From NCBI GenBank assembly GCA_951406725.2, contig OX597815.1:211606001-211670000 (forward strand): a stretch of DNA of 64,000 bases, in the 5' to 3' direction. The translations under genes were made by a program, and so were the position numbers. The DNA is from Octopus vulgaris. Its lineage: Eukaryota. How positions within the stretch are numbered: the first letter of the stretch is position 1; every line of letters begins with the position of its first letter. The notes under the pieces were generated by a model, which was given only the letters and a program-made list of their open reading frames with translations, was not told the origin of the DNA and did not search any database. This document shows, piece by piece, positions 53,128 to 64,000 of this stretch.

Positions 53128-53310
53128 ATAAGGAGCCTCTTTCAGCCACAATACGAACAAAATTTTTGATGATTGCCTACACACAAATTTCCACACAAGA
53201 ACCTGGAGTTTCTACCCTTGACAGGTCGCTTCAACCGTGTTTTCTGACGGGAATTTGCTACCCAGGTATCGGTTAAACGAATTTTCCATGCTAGGATAAT
53301 TCATTCACCT

Positions 53311-53379
<69 letters not shown>

Positions 53380-54719
53380 TTTTGTCGTGGCCGAAGATCA
53401 TACGGAAACGCAACTCGTCCTTAAGTTGCTATGTAAACTGATCTTTCACGCGCTTAGTGGTTTTAAACTATGTGTCAGTCTGCACAATCTGATTCTACTC
53501 TTTAGATTTGCAAGTCTGAATACGGTGGATCAGTGGGCTATGATGGCTGACCAGCAAGATATAGGTTTTACATTGGAGTGACCTTCTTTTCGGCGAATTG
53601 CCTTATAGGGCTGGCGAGCTCGACCAACCATGCAGTTGTAGGAAAGGTGCCAAAGTGGGTTCTGGACCTCCTGAAAGACTCCATTATTTGATTTACTTTG
53701 AAGTTGAATCCCCTAACATCTTCCTATCTCAAGGTACTCGCAAAGCAGTGGATTTGTGTTCGAATACTGACAGAGTGGTCAAGTAGCAGTGGACCATTGA
53801 TTTATCTTATGCAGAAGAGACCAGGAACATTGTTTTTGATCTTAGTATTATATTCTTTCACTACGTGTTCTTATTATAGATACCATTATTGGATACATTT
53901 CTGTGCATTGCAAGGATCTTGTGGCATCTATAGTCCTATATCGTAAAAATAGTCACAGTATTGATAGATATCACGATAGAATGGCTTATATATTTTCCTC
54001 GTTATAAAATTAGATAGGGATCATTGCCTCGAGCAAACTTTTTCCTTATGTTCTTGAAGTATCATGTGACACGACGTGGCTATTCTTATCGTCCATGTTT
54101 TTGACATAAACCTGCAGAAAATACAGAGAGAAGCCATGTATTAAGTAGGTATTTCTTCTGAACCAAGCACATAACCTTCATATATTGCCACCTTGAAATG
54201 TATCCCTACGACTGTTCATTTGATCATAGACAAATAAGTTCGTTAACTTAGTTTGAAGTCATCTTACTCTGGTTTCTCGCTGAACGTTTAATTCTCTATA
54301 CAGAGTGTGTTATGCTTGTACAAGTGTATGTCACTATATTCCAGTAATGTTCAGATGTTACATTAATGACACGACTATCATTAACATCTGACAACATGAA
54401 GCAGCCATATAGTCTTATGAGCATATATATCTTAATATATGTACTGTTGTATGTATGTACGTATGTAACTATGTTTTTATGTACGTATGCATATATATGT
54501 GTGTGTGTGCGTGCGTATACGTATGTATGTACATATAATCAGATAGATAGGTATGTGCATAAATATGTATATAAATATATACATACATACACACATTTAC
54601 ATATATAGCGAGAGAATGGGGAAGAGACAAAAAGAGAGCGAGATATAATATACACAGGCAGACAGACAGGTGCGTGTGTGTCTTTATGTATGTATATAAG
54701 TATGTATCTGTGTATATGT

Positions 54720-54820
54720 ATCTATGTATGTATGTATGTATGTATGTGTGTGTGTGTATGTATGTATGTATGTATGTATGTATGTATGTATGTATGTATG
54801 TATGTATGTATGTATGTATG
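54720..54820. repeat. (TATG)n microsatellite
   Basis: Seen directly. Confidence 0.95.
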
Positions 54821-55329
54821 AGTGTAAGCATATATGTAGTTATACATGCAAGTGTAAATAGTTTTGTGTGCAGAAAACATTGATTGCAGACTTAGTTCTT
54901 TTTTCTTTTTGCTTTATTTTTTGTCAGAATTTACGACATGCAGCAAATATTCTTTGTATACAAATGTCAACTTGAATTACCAACTTCCATATTTAAAAAT
55001 AGTTTTGTATAGCTTTACTAGTGCAGCATTTTTATATATATATATTCATGTATATATTTTTTTGTTTTTTTCTTTTTGCTAAAATCCTTACCAATGTTGA
55101 TTTTCCAAGTAAACAATTATAATTATATTGATATTCATAACAAACATAAAAACAGCAATCTATCATAGCGGTAAAAAGATTGCTAAGCATAGTTCCAGAT
55201 GCCATTTCTATAAGTATAATTCGAAGTAAACCAGGTACATAAAAGATTGCTGTTCCCCAGGTATATAACACAGGTAAATAAAGTTCTTCAGATACTGTTC
55301 TAAATTTACTACGTTATTTCATGTCTTGA

Positions 55330-56030
55330 AGTCAGCGAGCTGCAAAATTGTTAGTATGCCGGACAAAATGCTGAATGGCATTTTGTTGGTCTTTACGTTC
55401 TGAGTTCAAATTCTGCAGCAGTCGACTTTACCTTTCATCCTTTCGAGGTCGATAAATTAAATACCAGTTGCGTGCTGGGGTCGATCTAATTGACTAGACT
55501 CCTCTCCCAAGATTTCGGGCCTTGTGCCTAGAGTAGAAAAGAATATAAAGGCGGCGGGCTGGCAGAAACGTTAGCAGGCCGAGCGAAATGCGTAGCCGTA
55601 TTTCGTCTGCCGTCACGTTCTGAGTTCAAATTCCGCCGAGGTCGACTTTGCCTTTCAGCCTTTCGTGGTCGATAAATTAAGTTATGCACTGGGATCGATA
55701 TAATCGACTTAATCCGTTTGTCTGTCCTTGTTTGTCTCCTCTGTGTTTAGCCCCGTGTGGGTAGTGAAGAAATAGAAATAGGTATTTCGTCTGTCTTTAT
55801 GTTCTGAGTTCAAATTCCGCACTGGGGTCGATATAATCAAATTCCCCTTCCCTTGAAAATTGTTGGACTTGTACCAAAAATTAAAAAGAATTTTAGTTCA
55901 AATTCCACCGATGTCGATTGCTATCCCTTTGGGATCAATAAAAGAATTATTAGTTGAACCCTGTGATCTATGTAATTGACTTGCTCCTCCCCCCCTTAAA
56001 ATTTCAAACCTTGTGCCTATCGTAGGAAGA
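55330..56030 (+). mobile_element. Cluster of family B SINEs (old copy, young copy with partial second body, further fragments)
   Basis: Young copy starts aaggcggcgggctggcagaaacgttagc at 55548; gttctgagttcaaattc occurs at 55397, 55617 and 55801. Confidence 0.8.
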
Positions 56031-56162
56031 ATGATTTCATGCCTTAAAATGCAAATATCATCCCCAATTACTTTTCTATACTCCTCTACTTTGTGCCAGT
56101 TACAATTACAGAAGGACGATCGTGATTTTATTATTTCTAATTTCTTTGATATAATATTGCAA

Positions 56163-56206
<44 letters not shown>

Positions 56207-56321
56207 TGTGTGTATATATATCTCTCTACTTATCTATCTACTAATTTATCGAAGTATACATACACAAACATCTCTAAAGAAAACAGTCAATAATTTTTGA
56301 AACATATATTTCTAGAAAAAA

Positions 56322-56507
56322 AAAGCTTGCTTACCAACCACATGGTTCCGGGTTCAGTCTAACTGCGTGACATCTTGGGCAAGTGTCTTCTACTATAGCC
56401 TCGGGACAACCAAAGCTTGTGAGTGGATTTGGTAGACGGAAACTGAAAGAAACCCGTTGTATATATGTATATATATATATATATATATACATATATACAA
56501 CGGGCTT

Positions 56508-56579
<72 letters not shown>

Positions 56580-56782
56580 TTGTGTGTCTGTGTTTGGTCC
56601 CCTAGCAGACACACTGGTGTTTACGTCCCCGTCACTTAGCGGTTCGGCAAAAAAGACCGATAGAATAAGTACTGGGCTTAAAAGAATAAGTCCCGGGGTC
56701 GATTTGCTCGACTAAAGGCGGTGCTCCAGCATGGCTGCAGTCAAATGACTGAAACAAGTAAAAGAGTAAAAGAGTAAAGAGT
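56322..56782 (+). mobile_element. SINE family A, 5'-truncated
   Basis: agcttgcttaccaaccacatggttccgggttcagtc..(TA)n(TG)n..gactgaaacaagtaaaagagtaaaagag. Confidence 0.9.
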
Positions 56783-56941
56783 AATATCACTCGAGGTATT
56801 TAAATATTTCATCTAGTATTTAGTAGACATATCTGAACCCGTTTGGGTATAGTATTAATGAGTCGTGTCCCCGCAGAGGAAACTATGTAAGAGGGGGTCT
56901 TTTTATTTTGGAGATGCCGTGCGTGTGTTTGTAAGTGTATA

Positions 56942-57013
56942 TGAGTGGGTTCTGAAAAGTTCCTAGCTTTAAGGGTGTCGCGAAAGACCTGGTTGGGGGT
57001 CCAAACTTCCGAG
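56942..57013 (+). mobile_element. Possible mariner-type left terminal repeat abutting the satellite
   Basis: TA|TGAGTGGGTTCTGAAAAGTTCCTAGC resembles mariner termini of the form TA|CGAGGG...GAAAAGT; partner end not in window. Confidence 0.35.
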
Positions 57014-60000
57014 TTGATCTCTGTCGGCACTTTCTTTGATCTCTGTCGACACTCCTCTTTGAACTCTGTCGACACTCCTCTTTAATCTCTGTCGGCTTTC
57101 CTCTTTGATCTCTGTCGGTACTCCTCTTTGATCTCTGTCGGCATTCCTCTTTGATCTCTGTCGGTACTCCACTTTGATCTCTGCCGTCATTTCTCTTTGA
57201 TCTCTGTCGGTACCCCCTCTTTGATCTCTGTTGGCATTCCTCTTTGATCACTGTCGGTACTCCTCTATGATCTCTGTCGGCATTCCTCTTTGATCTATGT
57301 CGGTACTCCTCTTTGATCTCTGTCGGCATTCCTCTTTGATCTCTGTCGGTACTCCTCTTTGATCTCTGTCGGCATTCCTCTTTGATCTCTGTCGGTACTC
57401 CTCTTTGATCTATGTCGGCATTCCTCTTTGATCTCTGTCGGCATTCCTCGTTGATCTCTGTCGGCATTCCTCTTTGATCTCTGTCGGTACCACATCTTTG
57501 ATCTCTGTCGGCATTCCTCTTTGATCTCTGTCGGTACTCCTCTTTGATCTCTGTCGGTATTCCTCTTTGATCTCTGTCGGCATTCCTCTTTGATCTCTGT
57601 CGGTACTCCCCTTTGATCTCTGTCGGCATTCCTCTTTGATCTCTGTCGGTATTCCTCTTTGATCTCTGTCGGCATTCCTCTTTGATCTCTGTCGGTACTC
57701 CCCTTTGATCTCTGTCGGCATTCCTCTTTGATCTCTATCGGCATTCCTCTTTGATCTCTGTCGGCATTCCTCTTTGATCTCTGTCGGCATTCCTCTTTGA
57801 TCTCTGTCGGTACCACATCTTTGATCTCTGTCGGCATTCCTCTTTGATCTCTGTCGGTACCCCTCTTTGATCTCTGTCGGTACTCCTCTTTGATCTCTGT
57901 CGGCATTCCTCTTTCATCTCTGTCGGTACTCCTCTTTGATCTATGTCGGCATTCCTCTTTGATCTCTATCGGCATTCCTCTTTGATCTCTGTCGGTACTC
58001 CCCTTTGATCTCTGTCGGCATTCCTCTTTGATCTCTGTCGGTACTCCTCTTTGATCTCTGTCGGCATTCCTCTTTGATCTCTGTCGGCATTCCTCTTTGA
58101 TCTCTGTCGGTACCACATCTTTGATCTCTGTCGGCATTCCTCTTTGATCTCTGTCGGTACCCCTCTTTGATCTCTGTCGGTACTCCTCTTTGATCTCTGT
58201 CGGCATTCCTCTTTCATCTCTGTCGGTACTCCTCTTTGATCTATGTCGGCATTCCTCTTTGATCTCTGTCGGCATTCCTCTTTGATCTCTGTCGGCATTC
58301 CTCTTTGATCTCTGTCGGTACCACATCTTTGATCTCTGTCGGCATTCCTCTTTGATCTCTGTCGGTACTCCTCTTTGATCTCTGTCGGTACTCCCCTTTG
58401 ATCTCTGTCGGCATTCCTCTTTGATCTCTGTCGGTACTCCTCTTTGATCTCTGTCGGCATTCCTCTTTGATCTCTGTCGGTACTCCTCTTTGATCTCTGT
58501 CGGCATTCCTCTTTGATCTCTGTCGGCATTCCTCTTTGATCTCTGTCGGTACTCCTCTTTGATCTCTGTCGGCATTCCTCTTTGATCTCTGTCCGTACTC
58601 CTCTTTGATCTCTGTCGGCATTCCTCTTTGATCTCTGTCGGTACTCCTCTTTGATCTCTGTCGGCATTCCTCTTTGATCTCTGTCGGCATTCCTCTTTGA
58701 TCTCTGTCGGTACTCCTCTTTGATCTCCGTCGGCATTCCTCTTTGATCTCTGTCGGCATTCCTCTTTGATCTCTGTCGGTACCACATCTTTGATCTCTGT
58801 CGGCATTCCTCTTTGATCTCTGTCGGTACCCCTCTTTGATCTCTGTCGGTACTCCTCTTTGATCTCTGTCGGCATTCCTCTTTGATCTCTGTCGGTACTC
58901 CCCTTTGATCTATGTCGGCATTCCTCTTTGATCTCTGTCGGCATTCCTCTTTGATCTCTGTCGGTATTCCTCTTTGATCTCTGTCGGTACTCCCCTTTGA
59001 TCTCTGTCGGCATTCCTCTATGATCTCTGTCGGTATTCCTCTTTGATCTCTGTCGGTACTCCTCTTTGATCTCTGTCGGCATTCCTCTTTGATCTCTGTC
59101 GGCATTCCTCTTTGATCTCTGTCGGCATTCCTCTTTGATCTCTGTCGGCATTCCTCTTTGATCTCTGTCGGCATTCCTCTTTGATCTCTGTCGGCATTCC
59201 TCTTTGATCTCTGTCGGCATTCCTCTTTGATCTCTGTCGGCATTCCTCTTTGATCTATGTCGGTACTCCTCTTTGATCTCTGTCGGCATTCCTCTTTGAT
59301 CTCTGTCGGCATTCCTCTTTGGTCTCTGTCGGTACTCCTTTGATCTCTGTCGGCATTCCTCTTTGATCTCAGTCGGCATTCCTCTTTGATCTCTGTCGGT
59401 ACTCCTCTTTGATCTATGTCGGTACTCCTCTTTGATCTCTGTCGGCATTCCTCTTTGATCTCTGTCGGCATTCCTCTTTGGTCTCTGTCGGTACTCCTTT
59501 GATCTCTGTCGGCATTCCTCTTTGATCTCAGTCGGCATTCCTCTTTGATCTCTGTCGGTACTCCTCTTTGATCTATGTCGGTACTCCTCTTTGATCTCTG
59601 TCGGCATTCCTCTTTGATCTTTGTCGGTACCCCCTCTTTGATCTCTGTCGGCATTCCTCTTCGATCTCTGTCGGTACCCGCTCTTTGATCTATGTCGGTA
59701 CTCCTCTTTGATCTCTGTCGGCATTCCTCTTTATATCTGTCGGTACTCCTCTTTGATCTCTATCGGCATTCCTCTTTTATCACTGTCGGCATTTTTCATC
59801 GATGTCTGTCGGCATTCCTCTTTTATCTCTGTCGGCATTCCTCTTTGATCTCTGTCGGCATTCCTCTTTGATCTCTGTCGGTACTCCTCTTTGATCTCTG
59901 TCGGCATTCCTCTTTGATCTCAGTCGGTACCCCTCTTTGATCTCTGTCGGTACTCCTCTTTGATCTCTGTCGGTAATCCTCTTTGATCTCTGTCGGCATT

Positions 60001-63000
60001 CCTCTTTGATCTCTGTCGGCATTCCTCTTTGATCTCTGTCGGCATTCCTCTTTGATCTATGTCGGTACTCCTCTTTGATCTCTGTCGGCATTCCTCTTTG
60101 ATCTCTGTCGGCATTCCTCTTTGGTCTCTGTCGGTACTCCTTTGATCTCTGTCGGCATTCCTCTTTGATCTCAGTCGGCATTCCTCTTTGATCTCTGTCG
60201 GTACTCCTCTTTGATCTATGTCGGTACTCCTCTTTGATCTCTGTCGGCATTCCTCTTTGATCTTTGTCGGTACCCCTCTTTGATCTCTGTCGGCATTCCT
60301 CTTTGATCTCTGTCGGTACCCGCTCTTTGATCTATGTCGGTACTCCTCTTTGATCTCAGTCGGCATTCCTCTTTGATCTCTGTCGGCATTCCTCTTTGAT
60401 CTCTGTCGGCATTCCTCTTTGATCTCTGTCGGTACTCCTCTTTGATCTCTGTCGGTACTCCTCTTTGATCTCTGTCGGCATTCCTCTTTGATCTCTGTCG
60501 GCATTCCTCTTTGATCTCTGTCGGTACTCCTCTTTGATCTCTGTCGGCATTCCTCTTTGATCTCAGTCGGCATTCCTCTTTGATCTCTGTCGGTACTCCT
60601 CTTTGATCTCTGTCGGCATTCCTCTTTGATCTCTGTCGGTACTCCTCTTTGATCTCTGTCGGCATTCCTCTTTGATCTCTGTCGGCATTCCTCTTTGATC
60701 TCTGTCGGTACCACATCTTTGATCTCTGTCGGCATTCCTCTTTGATCTCTGTCGGTACCCCTCTTTGATCTCTGTCGGTACTCCTCTTTGATCTCTGTCG
60801 GCATTCCTCTTTGATCTCTGTCGGTACTCCCCTTTGATCTATGTCGGCATTCCTCTTTGATCTCTGTCGGCATTCCTCTTTGATCTCTGTCGGCATTCCT
60901 CTTTGATCTCTGTCGGTACTCCTCTTTGATCTCTGTCGGCATTCCTCTTTGATCTCTGTCGGTACCCCTCTTTGATCTCTGTCGGTACTCCTCTTTGATC
61001 TCTGTCGGCATTCCTCTTTGATCTCTGTCCGTACTCCTCTTTGATCTCTGTCGGCATTCCTCTTTGATCTCTGTCGGTACTCCTCTTTGATCTCTGTCGG
61101 CATTTCTCTTTGATCTCTGTCGGCATTCCTCTTTGATCTCTGTCGGTACTCCTTTTGATCTCTCTCGGCATTCCTCTTTGATCTCTGTCGGTACTCCTCT
61201 TTGATCTCTGTCGGCATTCCTCTTTGATCTCTGTCAGTACTCATCTTTGATCTCTGTCGGCATTCCTCTTTGATCTCTGTCGGCATTCCTCTTTGATCTC
61301 TGTCGGTACTCCTCTTTGATCTCCGTCGGCATTCCTCTTTGATCTCTGTCGGCATTCCTCTTTGATCTCTGTCGGTACCACATCTTTGATCTCTGTCGGC
61401 ATTCCTCTTTGATCTCTGTCGGTACCCTCTTTGATCTCTGTCGGTACTCCTCTTTGATCTCTGTCGGCATTCCTCTTTCATCTCTGTCGGTACTCCTCTT
61501 TGATCTATGTCGGCATTCCTCTTTGATCTCTGTCGGCATTCCTCTTTGATCTCTGTCGGTATTCCTCTTTGATCTTTGTCTGTACCCCCTCTTTGATCTC
61601 TGTCGGCATTCCTCTATGATCTCTGTCGGTATTCCTCTTTGATCTCTGTCGGTACTCCTCTTTGATCTCTGTCGGCATTCCTCTTTGATCTCTCTCGGCA
61701 TTCCTCTTTGATCTCTGTCGGCATTCCTCTTTGATCTCTGTCGGCATTCCTCTTTGATCTCTGTCGGCATTCCTCTTTGATCTCTGTCGGCATTCCTCTT
61801 TGATCTATGTCGGTACTACTCTTTGATCTCTGTCGGCATTCCTCTTTGATCTCTGTCGGCATTCCTCTTTGATCTCTGTCGGTACTCCTTTGATCTCTGT
61901 CGGCATTCCTCTTTGATCTCAGTCGGCATTCCTCTTTGATCTCTGTCGGTACTCCTCTTTGATCTATGTCGGTACTCCTCTTTGATCTCTGTCGGCATTC
62001 CTCTTTGATCTCTGTCGGCATTCCTCTTTGGTCTCTGTCGGTACTCCTTTGATCTCTGTCGGCATTCCTCTTTGATCTCAGTCGGCATTCCTCTTTGATC
62101 TCTGTCGGTACTCCTCTTTGATCTATGTCGGTACTCCTCTTTGATCTCTGTCGGCATTCCTCTTTGATCTTTGTCGGTACCCCCTCTTTGATCTCTGTCG
62201 GCATTCCTCTTTGATCTCTGTCGGTACCCGCTTTTTGATCTATGTCGGTACTCCTCTTTGATCTCTGTCGGCATTCCTCTTTATATCTGTCGGTACTCCT
62301 CTTTGATCTCTATCGGCATTCCTCTTTGATCACTGTCGGCATTTTTCATCGATGTCTGTCGGCATTCCTCTTTATCTCTGTCGGCATTCCTCTTTGATCT
62401 CTGTCGGCATTCCTCTTTGATCTCTGTCGGTACTCCTCTTTGATCTCTGTCGGCATTCCTCTTTGATCTCAGTCGGTACCCCTCTTTGATCTCTGTCGGT
62501 ACTCCTCTTTGATCTCTGTCGGTAATCCTCTTTGATCTCTGTCGGCATTCCTCTTTGATCTCTGTCGGCATTCCTCTTTGATCTCTGTCGGCATTCCTCT
62601 TTGATCTATGTCGGTACTCCTCTTTGATCTCTGTCGGCATTCCTCTTTGATCTCTGTCGGCATTCCTCTTTGGTCTCTGTCGGTACTCCTTTGATCTCTG
62701 TCGGCATTCCTCTTTGATCTCAGTCGGCATTCCTCTTTGATCTCTGTCGGTACTCCTCTTTGATCTATGTCGGTACTCCTCTTTGATCTCTGTCGGCATT
62801 CCTCTTTGATCTTTGTCGGTACCCCTCTTTGATCTCTGTCGGCATTCCTCTTCGATCTCTGTCGGTACCCGCTCTTTGATCTATGTCGGTACTCCTCTTT
62901 GATCTCAGTCGGCATTCCTCTTTGATCTCTGTCGGCATTCCTCTTTGATCTCTGTCGGCATTCCTCTTTGATCTCTGTCGGTACACCTCTTTGATCTCTG

Positions 63001-64000
63001 TCGGTACTCCACTTTGATCTCTGTCGGCATTCCTCTTTGATCTCTGTCGGCATTCCTCTTTGATCTCTGTCGGTACTCCTCTTTGATCTCTGTCGGCATT
63101 CCTCTTTGATCTCTGTCGGCATTCCTCTTTGATCTCTGTCGGTACTCCTCTTTGATCTCTGTCGGTACTCCTCTTTGATCTCTGTCGGCATTCCTCTTTG
63201 ATCTCTGTCGGCATTCCTCTTTGATCTCTGTCGGCATTCCTCTTTGATCTCTGTCGGTACTCCCCTTTGATCTCTGTCGATACTACTCTTTGATCTCTGT
63301 CGGCATTCCTCTTTGATCTCTGTCGGCATTCCTCTTTGATCTCTGTCGGTACTCCTCTTTGATCTCTGTCGGTACTCCTCTTTGATCTCTGTCGGCATTC
63401 CTCTTTGATCTCAGTCGGCATTCCTCTTTGATCTCTGTCGGTACTCCTCTTTGATCTCTGTCGGTACTCCTCTTTGATCTCTGTCGGCATTCCTCTTTGA
63501 TCTTTGTCGGTACTCCTCTTTGATCTCTGTCGGCATTCCTCTTTGATCTCTGTCGGTATTCCTCTTTGATCTCTGTCGGTACTCCTCTTTGATCTATGTC
63601 GGCATTCCTCTTTGATCTCTCTCGGCATTCCTCTTTGATCTCTGTCGGCATTCCTCTTTGATCTCTGTCGGCATTCCTCTTTGATCTCTGTCGGCATTCC
63701 TCTTTGATCTATGTCGGTACTCCTCTTTGATCTCTGTCGGCATTCCTCTTTGATCTCTGTCGGTACTCCTCTTTGGTCTCTGTCGGTACTCCTTTGATCT
63801 CTGTCGGCATTCCTCTTTGATCTCAGTCGGCATTCCTCTTTGATCTCTGTCGGTACTCCTCTTTGATCTATGTCGGTACTCCTCTTTGATCTCTGTCGGC
63901 ATTCCTCTTTGATCTCTGTCGGTACTCCTCTTTGATCTCTGTCGGCATTCCTCTTCGATCTCTGTCGGTACCCGCTCTTTGATCTATGTCGGTACTCCTC
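57014..64000. repeat. 23-bp tandem satellite/minisatellite (~300 units in window, runs off the end)
   Basis: Unit CTCTTTGATCTCTGTCGG(CATT/TACT)C with two major variants and several rare diagnostic variants. Confidence 0.98.

Noticed and set aside
56883-63902. Long minus-strand ORFs (up to 809 aa, MPTEIKEECRQRSKRNADRDQRG repeats)
   Set aside because: The 23-bp unit has no stop on that strand, so all three frames give the same periodic peptide; frequent frame-shifting indels show no coding constraint
57014-64000. CRISPR-like array
   Set aside because: Units are contiguous with no unique spacers, there are no cas genes, and the context is eukaryotic

Overview
AT-rich, gene-poor eukaryotic DNA made almost entirely of repeats. 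The SINE families and dense (TA)n/(TG)n/(GATA)n tracts suggest an octopod cephalopod genome (inference). No intact protein-coding gene is supported: nearly all ORFs in the track are microsatellite or satellite artefacts. Recognisable contents are four tRNA-headed SINE families (dozens of copies), a decayed Ty3/Gypsy pol with a probable 3' LTR (17.1-19.9 kb), a decayed Tc1/mariner-superfamily transposase (45.8-46.7 kb), two non-autonomous Helitron-type elements, RTE-derived short elements, and a 23-bp satellite with higher-order structure from 57.0 kb to the window end. The most notable signal is a set of about 11 type I hammerhead-ribozyme (HHR) motifs, plus several decayed ones, folded by eye. 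They come from at least seven unrelated sequence families, mostly with a palindromic minimal stem III, and each lies in a short non-coding module next to a microsatellite. Several are in inverted or tandem arrangements typical of Penelope-like-element pseudo-LTRs and retrozymes, including a 558-nt HHR-to-HHR tandem unit at 44.4-45.1 kb. All structures were assessed by eye; coordinates of decayed repeats are approximate.
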